Under the pieces are notes generated by a model. The model searched no databases and was not told the DNA's origin. It saw nothing but the letters and a program-made list of their open reading frames with translations. Shown piece by piece: positions 35,414-45,069 of a stretch of DNA of 64,000 nucleotides (positions are counted from its first letter, which is position 1; each line of letters starts with the position of its first letter). The stretch is from an uncultured Chloroflexia bacterium. GTDB taxonomy: Bacteria; Chloroflexota; Limnocylindria; Limnocylindrales; CSP1-4. The translations under genes were made by a program, and so were the position numbers. The stretch lies in contig CAVQSY010000068.1 in the NCBI GenBank assembly GCA_963716025.1, positions 2,108 through 66,107 of the forward strand, read 5' to 3'.

Positions 35414-36777
35414 ATGATGCAACGTCCGCACTGCTCGATTCGCTGCGGTCTCGGTTCAATGTCGCTGGGCGCGGTCGCGGCCTGCCTGATCGGTGCGCTG
35501 ACCGGCTGCGGCGGCGGGACCTCCGACCCGGCTGCGGCGCCCTCCACCGAGCCTGCGGTGATCGTCATCGCGATCGACGCCCTGCGGCCGGACTTCGTCG
35601 GCTGCTATGGCGGCACCGAGGCGCGGACGCCGAACCTCGACGCCTTGGCGGCCGAGTCGCTGCGCTTCGACCTGGCGTTCGCCCAGGCGCCAGGCGCGAC
35701 GCCGTCGGCGGCGAGCATCGCGACCGGCCTGTATCCCACCACTCATGGCGTGATCAGCGGCGAGCTGGCACTGACCGAGGAGGTGACGACGCTGGCCGAG
35801 GCGATGGCGGGCGCCGGTTTCGCGACTGCAGCATTCATCGAGCGGGCGACCGGATTCGACGCCGAAGGCCTGTCCCAGGGGTTCACGACCTTCGAGGTCG
35901 GCGAAGGGCCGGGCGTCCCGGCTGGCGCCTGGCTGGGAGAGCACCTGAACCAGAAGCTCTTCATGCTCATCGGCGGCTGGGCGCCGCAGGTGTATGCGCT
36001 CGAGCGGATCATGGAGGCTGCGGGCCTGCCTCCCGAGGGCTTCGTCGAGCGCCTCGGCCAGGCCCTCGATCCGGCCAACGCCGATGCCGAGTCGCCGCTC
36101 ACCGATGCCGACCGCGCGTTCCTGCGCACCTCCTACGTGGTGCGGATGCAGCTGACCGACCAGGCGCTCGGCGGGTTCCTGGAGTCATTCCGCAGCATGG
36201 GTCTGGACCAGCGAGCCACCTTGGTGGTGGTCGGGACCACCGGCCGTGACCTCGGCGAGCACCGCGATCCTCGAAACCAGTGCGGTTTTCGCCACGGTCA
36301 CCCGCGTACCGCTCCTGATCCGGCTGCCGGGCGGCGCCAAGGCCCAGGTCGTCGACCGGGTGGTCGAGCTCGTCGATGTGATGCCGACCCTCCTCGAGGT
36401 GGCGGGCGTACCGGTACCTGCCGGCGTCCAGGGCGCCAGCGTGATGCCGATCGTCGACGGCACCAGCCAACCCCCGTACCTCGCGTTTTCCGAGACCACC
36501 CACCGAGGCCGTCAGCGCGCGGTGGTGATCGCCGGCCTGCAGCTCGTGAAGTCACTGGACGGAGAGGCGATGCCCCAGCTCTTCGATCTCAACCAGGATC
36601 CGTTTGGAACCGTCGACGTGTCGGCGTCGATGGAGGACCGCGTGGCGGTTCTCGAGGGTCACCTCGAGGTCTGGGGAAAGATGGTTTCGGCGGCGTCGTA
36701 CGACCCTGATCTGCGCACCGAAGAGCTCGACGACGCGACCGCTGGAGCAGCTCAAGAGCCTCGGCTACATCCAGTAG
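35414..36777 (+). CDS. Sulfatase-fold (alkaline phosphatase superfamily) lipoprotein lacking the C/S-x-P-x-R motif; 2 frameshifts (~36230, ~36745)
   Basis: GGAGG RBS at 35402-35406; lipobox LTGCGG; VIVIAIDALRPD; ATPSAASIATGLYPTTHG where canonical sulfatases have CxPSRxxxxTG; C-terminus ...LEQLKSLGYIQ*. Confidence 0.6.
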
Positions 36778-36800
36778 CGTCGTGCTGCCTCGAGAGCTGA

Positions 36801-38902
36801 TCACACGTCGAAAACCGACGTGCCCACCATCTGCTCGGGCTTGGGCGATGCCGAAGCAGTCGAGGATGGTGACCGGCAGGTCGAGGATCGTCGGGTGCGG
36901 CCCGGGTGACCGGCCGGCTCGGCACAGGAGCGTGCCCGGGACCAGGTCGCGGGCCATCGAGTGGTCGCCGCTCCAGGCCCAGGGGTTGAGGTCGATCGAT
37001 CGCGCTGCCCGGTCGCGCCCAGCACCGACGGCGACGAGCTGCGGTAGCCCGGCGTGTAGCCGACCAGCAGCTCGGGCATGCTCGGGGTCGCCTCGCCCGT
37101 GTACATGCTCGTCCCGTCGGTAGACCTTGGCGACCGGGCGCTTGTCCGGTCTCGGGGTCGACGACCGCCTCGAGCTCGCGGCGTGAGTCGGGCGAGCGAG
37201 CTCGGCTCGGCCTTCGTCGGGGCTCGACGATGCCCCTGCCCTCGCGGCCCTCGAGGTTGAGGTAGAGGCCGTTGAAGCCGATGCCGTAGGCCGCGGTGCG
37301 GCTCCAGTCGACGTCGGTGATCGCCGTCTCCTCCTTCTTCTCCGCGCCGGGTCTTCAGCGTCAGGTAGCCGTTGTCGCGCAGCCAGGTGTTGAGGTGGAA
37401 CTGGCGGCCGAACTGGGCGAAGCCGTGGTCGGAGCAGATCGAGCAGCAGCGTCTCGTCGTCGACCGCCGGCAGGACCTTGCCCACCAGCTCGTCCATCCG
37501 CTCGTAGAGGTGGTGGAGATAGCCCGAGAAGCGCAGGTCCGACTCGCGCGTGCATCGGGTGGGTCTTGTCCATGTTGCGCCACAGCATGTGGGCGTCCTG
37601 GTCGGTGGACGAGACGTAGAAGTAGAAGAGCCCGTCCTCGAACCGCGACCACTGGTGGTCGAACAGCGCCATCCGCTCCTCCAGGATCAGCTCCGCCTGC
37701 TTGACGTACTCCTCGTCGTTGAGGATGCCGTAGTCGAAGGCCTTGGTGTCGCAGGGCAGGCCCTTGGTCCAGAACGGAGCCGATGTCGCGCGCGATCTCG
37801 GCGCCGAAGCTCCGTCGGGTAGGTGACCGGCATCGCCTGGTTCGCGGGGTCGATGTTGATCGGCGTGACGTAGAGCTGGAAGTGCGGGTCGCACCTGCTT
37901 GAGGAGGAAGCGGGCGATGCCCGGACACGGAGCCGATCAGGGGCAGCAGGTCGAAGTCGACCTTGACCCAGTCGCGAGTACTCGCCCGGTCTCGAGGACC
38001 ACGGTCTGCCCCTGGATGTCGATGCGGACGGCGTCGCGGTCGGGTCGAGGTAGACGGTGAACGGGATCTTGGCGTGGTTGACGACTCGGTCCCGGCGGTC
38101 GTCCTTCGGCGGCGTGACAGCGAGTTGACCGGGCCGAGCAGCTCGGCCTCGACCGCGGTTGTTCGCGACCTCGACGTAGTGGACGGTGCCGCCCGAGATG
38201 TCGCGGGTAGTGCTCGAACGCGTCGGAGGTGTAGTAGCTGAACGATGCCGTAGGAGTCGATCAGGTCGGGCGTGCCCATGCCGCGATCGCGCGGGTGGCG
38301 GTCTCGTCGACCGGGAAGTTGGTCGGGATCTTCGAGATCCAGGCCGGGATGCCCGCTCGGTCAGGTAGGACCAGAAGGGCTTGCCCTGTGCGCAGGTTGA
38401 CCGGGCCGCCGCCCGAGAGCGGCAGGTGCACGTCGCCGAAGTCGACGACGCGGTCCGGCGTCGCGGTTCTCGTAGATCGAGAAGACGGGCATGTAGGTCT
38501 CCGGGTCGCGGGCGATGAAGTCGGCGATGCCGTGGCCGCCCGGAGTCATGCCGGTGATGAAGCTCGACCAGGCCACCGGGCTGAGGGCCGGCATGGTGGT
38601 GGCGAGCGGCCGAACGACCCCATCTCGGCCAGCTTCTTGAAGTTCGGGGCGCGGCCGAGGTCGATCAGGCCTTGACGATCATCGGGTCGAGGCCGTCGAG
38701 GCCGAGCACGATGACCTTCCGGCCGGTCGGCGCCCTTGCGGCCACAGCCGAGAGCCGGCAGGCCGAGGCCGCCGGCCGCGGCGCTGGCCCCGAGCAGGGA
38801 CAGGAAGCGCGCGGCGATCGAGACCGGAAAGATCGATCGGGGCCGATCGGCGACTCTGATGGCTTGGCACTGCGGGGACCTCCGTGCCTCGGCGGGCCCC
38901 AC
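36801..38902 (-). pseudogene. Type I phosphodiesterase/nucleotide pyrophosphatase-family (alkaline phosphatase superfamily) protein, many frameshifts
   Basis: KVIVLGLDGLDPMIVKA, LIDLGRAPNFKKLAEMG, PALSPVAWSSFITGMTPGGHGIADF, with later segments spread over several minus-strand ORFs. The start position is uncertain. Confidence 0.55.
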
Positions 38903-38991
38903 GTCGGGCCACGGTCTGGCATCAAGATCTAGGACACACTTGAGACCGAATCTATTCCAGCTCCGGTCCCGACCGCCGAGAATACCCAGTC

Positions 38992-39017
38992 GGGGGTCAG
39001 GGGTCAGGGGTCAGGGG
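38992..39017 (+). repeat. (GGGGTCA)n heptamer array, G-quadruplex motif
   Basis: GGGGGTCAGGGGTCAGGGGTCAGGGG. Confidence 0.85.
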
Positions 39018-39028
39018 TCAGGCCCGAG

Positions 39029-39250
39029 CCCGATCCCGGATGAGTTTCGCGACCCGAGCCGGGAATCCGGGACCGGGCGGCAGGCCGCGGGGCGCCGGAC
39101 CTGGACCCCGGGGTCCCGGTCCAGCCGCCCGCTGCCCGCCGCCCGATCCCGGATGAGTTCCGCGATTCGAGCCGGAGAATCCGGGACCAGGCAGGCAGGC
39201 CGCGGGGCGCGGGTGCGGGGGCGACCGGGAGGCTCCGGGATCCGGGATGC
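39029..39250 (+). repeat. Two tandem copies (R1, R2) of a ~110-nt repeat starting CCCGATCCCGGATGAGTT(T/C)CGCGA
   Basis: R1 starts at 39029 and R2 at 39142. Both contain ...GAGCCGG(A)GAATCCGGGACC.GGC.GGCAGGCCGCGGGGCGC. Confidence 0.75.
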
Positions 39251-39297
39251 GGCAACAGGGGCGCGGGTTCCGGGTATGGGGCGTCCGTGCCAGCTCG

Positions 39298-39457
39298 GTC
39301 TGGGCGGGGGTGTGTGCTGGCTCAGGCGTGGGGTAGGCGGTCGGCGGCCGGTCGTCAAGGGCAGGCTCGCTTCGTTCGCGGCCTTCGGCCACCCTGGACG
39401 ACCGACCCCCGACCGCCTGGTGGGGCGGCATGAGCCAGCACACCCCCCCGCCCAGAC
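39298..39457. repeat. Long imperfect hairpin (27-nt outer stems, nested inner pairing)
   Basis: GTCTGGGCGGGGGTGTGTGCTGGCTCA (39298-39324) pairs with TGAGCCAGCACACCCCCCCGCCCAGAC (39431-39457). The inner segments GGTAGGCGGTCGGCGGCCGGTCGTC and GACGACCGACCCCCGACCGCCTGG are also complementary. Confidence 0.6.
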
Positions 39458-39500
39458 ACGCCGTCGCCGAGACCAACCGCTCTCCCCCGGGGCCGGGCCG

Positions 39501-39850
39501 GCCTCGTCGCCCTCGAGCTCGCGCTGCAGCTCGCGGCCGAGGTGGTGGGCCATCCGCATCCCTCGCGGGGTCTCCCACCTCCGGGATCACCTGGTGAGGG
39601 CGGCCGACAACACCGCGCTGCGGCTGTCAGAAGCCAGCGGCCGGACCCTCGGCAACCGGTACCAGCACCTGGAAGCCGCCTACGCCGAGAATCAGGAGGT
39701 CGCAGAGCGACCTCGCGCTGCTCCAGGGTCGGGGGATCCAGGTCCCGGCAGCCAGCGATGAACCTCGCGGATACGCCGTTGGCGGCCTGGTCTACGGGCT
39801 CCTCCGGTCGGAGCTGGCGGGCGTGGAACGGCTGACCGGAGCCCTTCCCT
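39501..39850 (+). pseudogene. Four-helix-bundle protein (TIGR02436 / 23S rRNA-intervening-sequence-protein-like), needs 2 frameshifts
   Basis: LELALQLAAEVVG / IPRGVSHLRDHLVRAADNTALRLSEASGRTLGNRYQHLEAAYAENQEV / SDLALLQGRG... fits the family pattern FP..E...L..QlrRAa.S...NIaEG.gR......fl.iA.GS..E. The ends are uncertain. Confidence 0.35.
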
Positions 39851-39926
39851 CATCCCGGTCTCGCGGACGGGCCCCGCAGGATCATGAGTCGTGTGCCCGG
39901 ACACCTTTCCTTCCAGCCGCTCGCCG

Positions 39927-40135
39927 CCCGATCCCGGATCCGGGCCGGGGATCCGGGACGAGGCGACCAGGTCGCGGGGCGCTGGACCCCGATCCGGGCG
40001 CCCGGTCCCGGCCGCCCGCTGCCCGCCGCCCGATCCCGGATGAGTTCCGCGATTGAGCCGGGAATCCGGGATGAGGCGGGCAGGCCGCGGCGCGCTCGGT
40101 GCGGGTTCGGGGCCCGGCAACGGGGCGCAGGTTCC
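39927..40135 (+). repeat. Two further tandem copies (R3, R4) of the ~110-nt repeat, same orientation as R1-R2
   Basis: R3 starts at 39927 (more diverged) and R4 at 40029 (CCCGATCCCGGATGAGTTCCGCGATTGAGCCGGGAATCCGGGAT...). Confidence 0.7.
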
Positions 40136-40167
40136 ATGAGGGCCAGAGGCGACGCCGCTGCGATGGT

Positions 40168-40250
40168 CCCCTCACCCCTCCGCTCACGCCTCACCCCTCA
40201 CCCCTCACCCTTCACTCCTCACCCCTCACTCCTTACCTCACTCCTCACCG
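40168..40250 (-). repeat. C-rich heptamer array (CCCCTCA/CCTCACT variants); G-rich, G-quadruplex-capable on the minus strand
   Basis: CCCCTCACCCCTCCGCTCACGCCTCACCCCTCACCCCTCACCCTTCACTCCTCACCCCTCACTCC..., about 70 nt upstream of the ileS ATG. Confidence 0.8.
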
Positions 40251-40317
40251 CATCCTCCGCGGTGTAGATTGCGCGGACTCGGCCGGGGGCCGGGGACGCG
40301 GGAGGGCGCAGTGCAAC

Positions 40318-43236
40318 ATGAGTGCGGCGAAGAAGACGACCGCTACCGCGACACGCTGCAGCTTCCCCGCACCAGTTCTGCGATGCGCGCCGGGCTGCTG
40401 GACGAAGGAACCGCAGCTGCAGGCACGCTGGCAGGCAGATCGGGCTCTACGATCGCATTCAGGGCGCGCCCACCCGGCGGGGCCCGTTCGTCTTCCACGA
40501 CGGGCCGCCCTACGCCAACGGCTCGATCCACCTGGGGCACCTGCTCAACAAGGTGCTGAAGGACCTCGTCGTGCGCGCCGCGACCATGGCCGGGCCACGA
40601 CGTCGCCCTTCGTCCCGGGCTGGGACTGCCACGGCCTGCCGATCGAGCACAAGGTGATGAAGGAGCTGGGCGACCGAGCCGCGCCGAGCCTCGACCCGCA
40701 TCGAGATCCGCGACGCGCTGCCAGCGACGTACGCCGCGAAGTACATGAAGCTCCAGGCGCGAGCAGATGCAGCGGCTGCGGCACGCTCGCCGACTACGAG
40801 CATCCCTACCTCACGATGGACCCGGCCTACGAGGGCGCGGTGCTCGAGGTCTTCGCGCGCGCTGGTCGGGCAGGGGCTCGTCTACCGCGACCTGCAAGCC
40901 CGGTGCACTGGTCGATCGAGAACCAGACCGCGCTCGCCGAGGCCGAGCTGGAGTACTACGACCGCGAGGACGCGAGCGTCTACGTCGCTCTTCGAGGTCG
41001 CGGACCCGGCGGCGCTGCCGGCGGCGCTCGGCGCTGCCGACGGGCGACGCGGTCGCAGCCTGATGATCTGGACCACGACGCCCTGGACGCTGCCGGCGAA
41101 CCTGGCGGTCGCGGTCGCGCCGAGCGGCCGACTACGGCCTCTACCGGCTCGAGCAGGACGGCCGCGAGCGGCTGCGTCGTCGTCGCCGACGAGCTGGCCG
41201 CGACGGTGCTGCGGCGCCGGCGGCGGACGCCGAGCGTGCTCGGCCGCTGTCGACGGCGCGCGAGCTCGTCGCGGCCGGCGTCGCGCTACCGCCACCCGTT
41301 CATCGACCGCGACGAGCGCCGGTCGTCGCGGCGGACTACGTCACGCTCGAGGACGGCACCGGCCTCGTGCACACCGCCCCGGGCCACGGCGCCGAGGACT
41401 ACCAGACCGGCCTCGCGCGAGGGGCTCGAGATCTACTGCCCGGTGCGCGAGCGACGGCACCTTCGACGACACCGTGCCCGAGTGGCTGCGCGGGCGTCGA
41501 CGTCTGGGAGGCGAACGACGCTGGTCATCGAGCACCTGCGCGAGGTCGGGCCACCTGTTCCACGACGAGCACGTTCACCCACAGCTATCCCGCACGACTG
41601 GCGCGGCAAGACGCCGATGATCTTCCGCGCCACCGAGCAGTGGTTCGTCGCGCGTCGACCGCACGTTCGGCGAGCCAGGGCAAGTCGCTGCGCGAGCTGG
41701 CCCTCGACGCCGACCGAGACCGACGATCGAGTTCGTCCCCGAGTGGGGCCGCAACCGGATGCGCGGCATGCTCGAGTCGCGACCCGACTGGTGCATCTCG
41801 CCGCCAGCGATCCTGGGGCCTGCCGATCCCCGCGTTCCGGACGCCGCGACGGCGAGCTGCTGCTGACCGCGGCGTCGGTGCGCGCCGTCGCGCGGCTACG
41901 TGCGCGAGCACGGCTCCGACGCGTGGTTCGCGCTCGACGCCGGCCGAGCTGCTGGCGGGCTACGACCCGGCGCCGGACCCGGACGCGCCGGACTGCGGTC
42001 CGGCGGCCGGCGGCGCTCGACGACGCTCGACGAAGGGCCACGACATCTTCGACGTCTGGTTCGAGTCCGGCTCGTCCTGGAACGCGCGTGCATGCGCCAG
42101 CGCGGTCTCGGCTATCCCGGTCGACCTCTACCTCGAGGGCTCGCGACCAGCACCGCGGCTGGTTCCAGCTGTCGCTGCTGCCGGCGCTCGGCGTCGACCG
42201 GGCAGCTCGCCGTTCCAGACCGTGCTGACCCACGGCTTCATCGTCGACAGGCACGGGCGAGAAGATGAGCAAGAGCCTGGGCAACACGCATCGACGTCGA
42301 CGACCTGCTGAAGGAGCACGGCGCCGACGTCTGCCGCTGGTGGGTCTGCATCGCTCAACTACGAGAACGACATCAAGGTCGACTGGGAGTTCTTCGAGCG
42401 TCGCCGGCGAGGAGTACCGCAAGGTCCGCAACACGATCCGGTTCCTGCTCGGCAACCTCGGCGACTTCGACGCCGGACAGGACCGCCGCGAGCTGACGGA
42501 CGCCGATCGCCGCGACCCTCGACGGCTGGGCGATGGAGCGACTCGCCGAGCTCGTCGAGACGGTCCGCGACGGCTACGACGAGCTACCAGTTCAAGCGGG
42601 TCGCACGAGGCGCTGTTCAACTTCTGCAACGACACGCTGAGCGCCGGTCTACCTGGCGGCGGTCAAGGACCGGCTCTACTGCGACGCGCGCGGACGGCCG
42701 CGCGCCGCCGGCGCACGCAGACCGTGCTCCACGACATCGCCGACGGCCTGATCCGGCTGCTCGCGCCGGTCCTGGTCCACACCGCGGACGAGGCCTGGCT
42801 GGCGCTGCACGGGCGAGGACCGGACGACGTACGGTCGCTGCGTCCACCTCGAGCCGCTGCCGGAGCCGTACCGACTGGCGCGTCGGCGCCGACGGTGGGA
42901 GCGGGTCGATGGCGCTCCGCGACGAGGCGCTGCAAGGGCTCGAGCGCGCCAAGGAGGGCCGGGGATCACGAACCCGCTCGACGCCGGCGTCGTGGCGCGT
43001 GCTGACGACCGCGAGGCCGAGGCGGCTCGACGCCGTTCGCTGCCGGAGCTGGCCGACCTGTGCGGCGTCAGCCGCTTCGCGCCTGAGCGCGGCGGCAGAG
43101 TCGGCGATCGCGGATCGACGACCTGCGCGACGAGCCGCGCTGCGAGCGCTCGTGGAAGCGGGACGGCACGGTGCGCGAGCGGTCGGACGGCGGCATGCTG
43201 TCCGACCGCGACGCCGAGGTGCTCGGGCTGGTATGA
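40318..43236 (+). pseudogene. ileS: Isoleucine-tRNA ligase, many frameshifts
   Basis: [30 protein letters not shown]; [16 protein letters not shown]; HWSIENQTALAEAELEY; MIWTTTPWTLPANLAVAV; HTAPGHGAEDY; DWCISRQR-like; EKMSKSLGNT. The fragments alternate among the plus frames. Confidence 0.8.
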
Positions 43237-43487
43237 CCCGGTTGTGGCGGCTGGTGGCGTTGCCGATCCGTGGCTACAAGCGGTTCATCTCGCCCTGGAT
43301 GCCGCCGGCCTGCCGGTTCGAGCCCACCTGCTCGGTGTACGCCGCCGAGGCCATCGAGACCCACGGTCTGTACGGCATGTGGCTCGACGATCGGCGCATC
43401 CTCAAGTGCCAGCCGTTCCACCCGGGTGGCCACGACCCGGTGCCGCCTCGACGGGTGAAGGGCTCGAGTTCCGGGGTCGACGGCTGA
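43233..43487 (+). CDS. yidD: Membrane protein insertion efficiency factor YidD
   Basis: [31 protein letters not shown]...[17 protein letters not shown]. Its ATG overlaps the ileS stop (ATGA at 43233-43236). Confidence 0.85.
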   Translation: MTRLWRLVALPIRGYKRFISPWMPPACRFEPTCSVYAAEAIETHGLYGMWLDDRRILKCQPFHPGGHDPVPPRRVKGSSSGVDG

Positions 43488-43496
43488 GGGCGGTGG

Positions 43497-44135
43497 ATGA
43501 CCCTTCACCCACCGCTGGAGTGGCCCAACGGCGGCTCTGGCACAATGCGTTCCGTGACGACGCTCGCCGCGATCCGGGCCGCAGTCGAGGGATACCGAGG
43601 GCGGCGCCTGCCCGAGGACAGGAATCGCCGCTGGGCGGCGGTGGCGGCGGTGTTGCGGGACGCCGCGGCGGGCGCCGAGGTGCTGCTGATCCGCCGCGCC
43701 GAGGACCCGCGCGACCCGTGGTCCGGGCACATGGCTTTCCCGGGCGGCCGCGTCGACCCGTGCGACGGCGATCACCTGCGAGGCCGCGATGCGAGAAACC
43801 CTCGAGGAGGTCGGTCTCGACCTCGGTCTCGACGGCCGGCTGCTCGGGCGTCTTTCCGACCTTGCGGCCATCGGCCGAGGTCGGCCGGTGGGCGCTGGTG
43901 ATCGCACCTTTCGTGTTCGAGATCGAGGCCGAACCGGTGCTGCGTACCGAACTACGAGGTCGCCGAGGCGGTGTGGGTGCCGTTCGACTTCCTGCGCGAC
44001 CGCACCAATCTCTCGACCATCGAGTGGCGCCACGACGGCGCCGTCATCCCGCTGCCGTGCTATCGATACCGCGGCCGTGTGATCTGGGGCCTCACCTACG
44101 CCATGGTCCACGAGCTGGTCTCGGCGATCGGCTGA
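43497..44135 (+). pseudogene. Nudix hydrolase (CoA pyrophosphatase-like), 2-3 frameshifts
   Basis: WSGHMAFPGGRVDP...MRETLEEVGLDL (Nudix box); C-terminal ...VIWGLTYAMVHELVSAIG*. Confidence 0.65.
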
Positions 44136-44164
44136 ACCGCAGGTCGTGGCCAGCGGCCTGAAGA

Positions 44165-44938
44165 CTATCGACGATACTCGAGGCTGACCAGCGCCGACTG
44201 GCGGTCGCCGAAGCCGCCTTCGAGGATCAGGACGAGGTGTTCGCCGACGCCGACGGTGCCGCCGATCAGGCCACTCCACTGGGTGGCCTCGCCGAGCGCC
44301 ACGTCGAAGGGGACGCTGCCGAGGAAGGGGATCTCGTAGGTTCCGGTGTGGCGCTCCTCGGTGTCCTGGTACATGGCGCCGATCCAGACCGCACCGCGGT
44401 CGACGACCAGGCCGAGCTTCGGCGTCACCACCAAGGCCTCGACCGAGCCGTCGGTGACATCGAGGTCGGCCTTGGTGTAGGTCCCCGACACCGAGGTGAA
44501 CCAGCCCGTGCCGCCGGCGACGAGGGTCACGCCGCCGCCGTAGACCCAGCCGTCGTTGTCGATCTTGAGGTCGTTGAGGCGGATCGGCAGGCCGAGGTCG
44601 AGGTCCCCGAGACGGACGGTGGTCGTCGTGTCGAGCTTGCCGCCGATGGCGTAGAGATTGAGGAACGGCAGCGCCCACCAGTCGGCCTTGAGGTGGAAGC
44701 TGTCGGTGCGGTTGTCGACCGGAAGGTTGGTGGCGACGGCGGGGTCGATGCCGGGCAGCGCGAGGGTCAGGCTGTCGACGACATAGTCCTGGGTCTGGTC
44801 GTACAGCGTGATCCCGAGACCGAATGGAGCCGGGAGCTGGTGGCCCGAAGCGGCGTCGGCCGGCGTCTGAGCGAGGGCAGGCAGACAGTGGGTCGCGGCG
44901 ACGAGAACCAGGGTCAGGCGTAGAAGCGATCGCAGCAT
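44165..44938 (-). CDS. Putative outer-membrane beta-barrel protein
   Basis: Signal peptide MLRSLLRLTLVLVAATHCLPALAQ. The rest is an alternating hydrophobic beta-strand pattern. No family was recognised. Confidence 0.45.
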   Translation of the reverse strand: MLRSLLRLTLVLVAATHCLPALAQTPADAASGHQLPAPFGLGITLYDQTQDYVVDSLTLALPGIDPAVATNLPVDNRTDSFHLKADWWALPFLNLYAIGGKLDTTTTVRLGDLDLGLPIRLNDLKIDNDGWVYGGGVTLVAGGTGWFTSVSGTYTKADLDVTDGSVEALVVTPKLGLVVDRGAVWIGAMYQDTEERHTGTYEIPFLGSVPFDVALGEATQWSGLIGGTVGVGEHLVLILEGGFGDRQSALVSLEYRR

Positions 44939-45069
44939 AAAGTCGTTCTCCCTTTCGAACGAGTGGTGGGCTGAGCCGGTCAGCGGGATACGGTGCGTTC
45001 CGCCAGTGGCGCCATGGTACCAGCCGATGGACCCGCTGCGAAGCACGGCGGCCCGCGTATCATCGTCGG

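Noticed and set aside
38736-39761. 341-aa plus-strand ORF spanning the repeat island.
   Set aside because: It reads straight through the heptamer array, the ~110-nt repeats and the hairpin. The translation is low-complexity (R/G/P/A), so it is not a credible protein.
38992-40250. Possible CRISPR array or tandem minisatellite.
   Set aside because: The repeat units have a 7-nt period (heptamers) or are ~110 nt without unique spacers of regular length. There is no repeat-spacer periodicity and there are no cas genes in the window.
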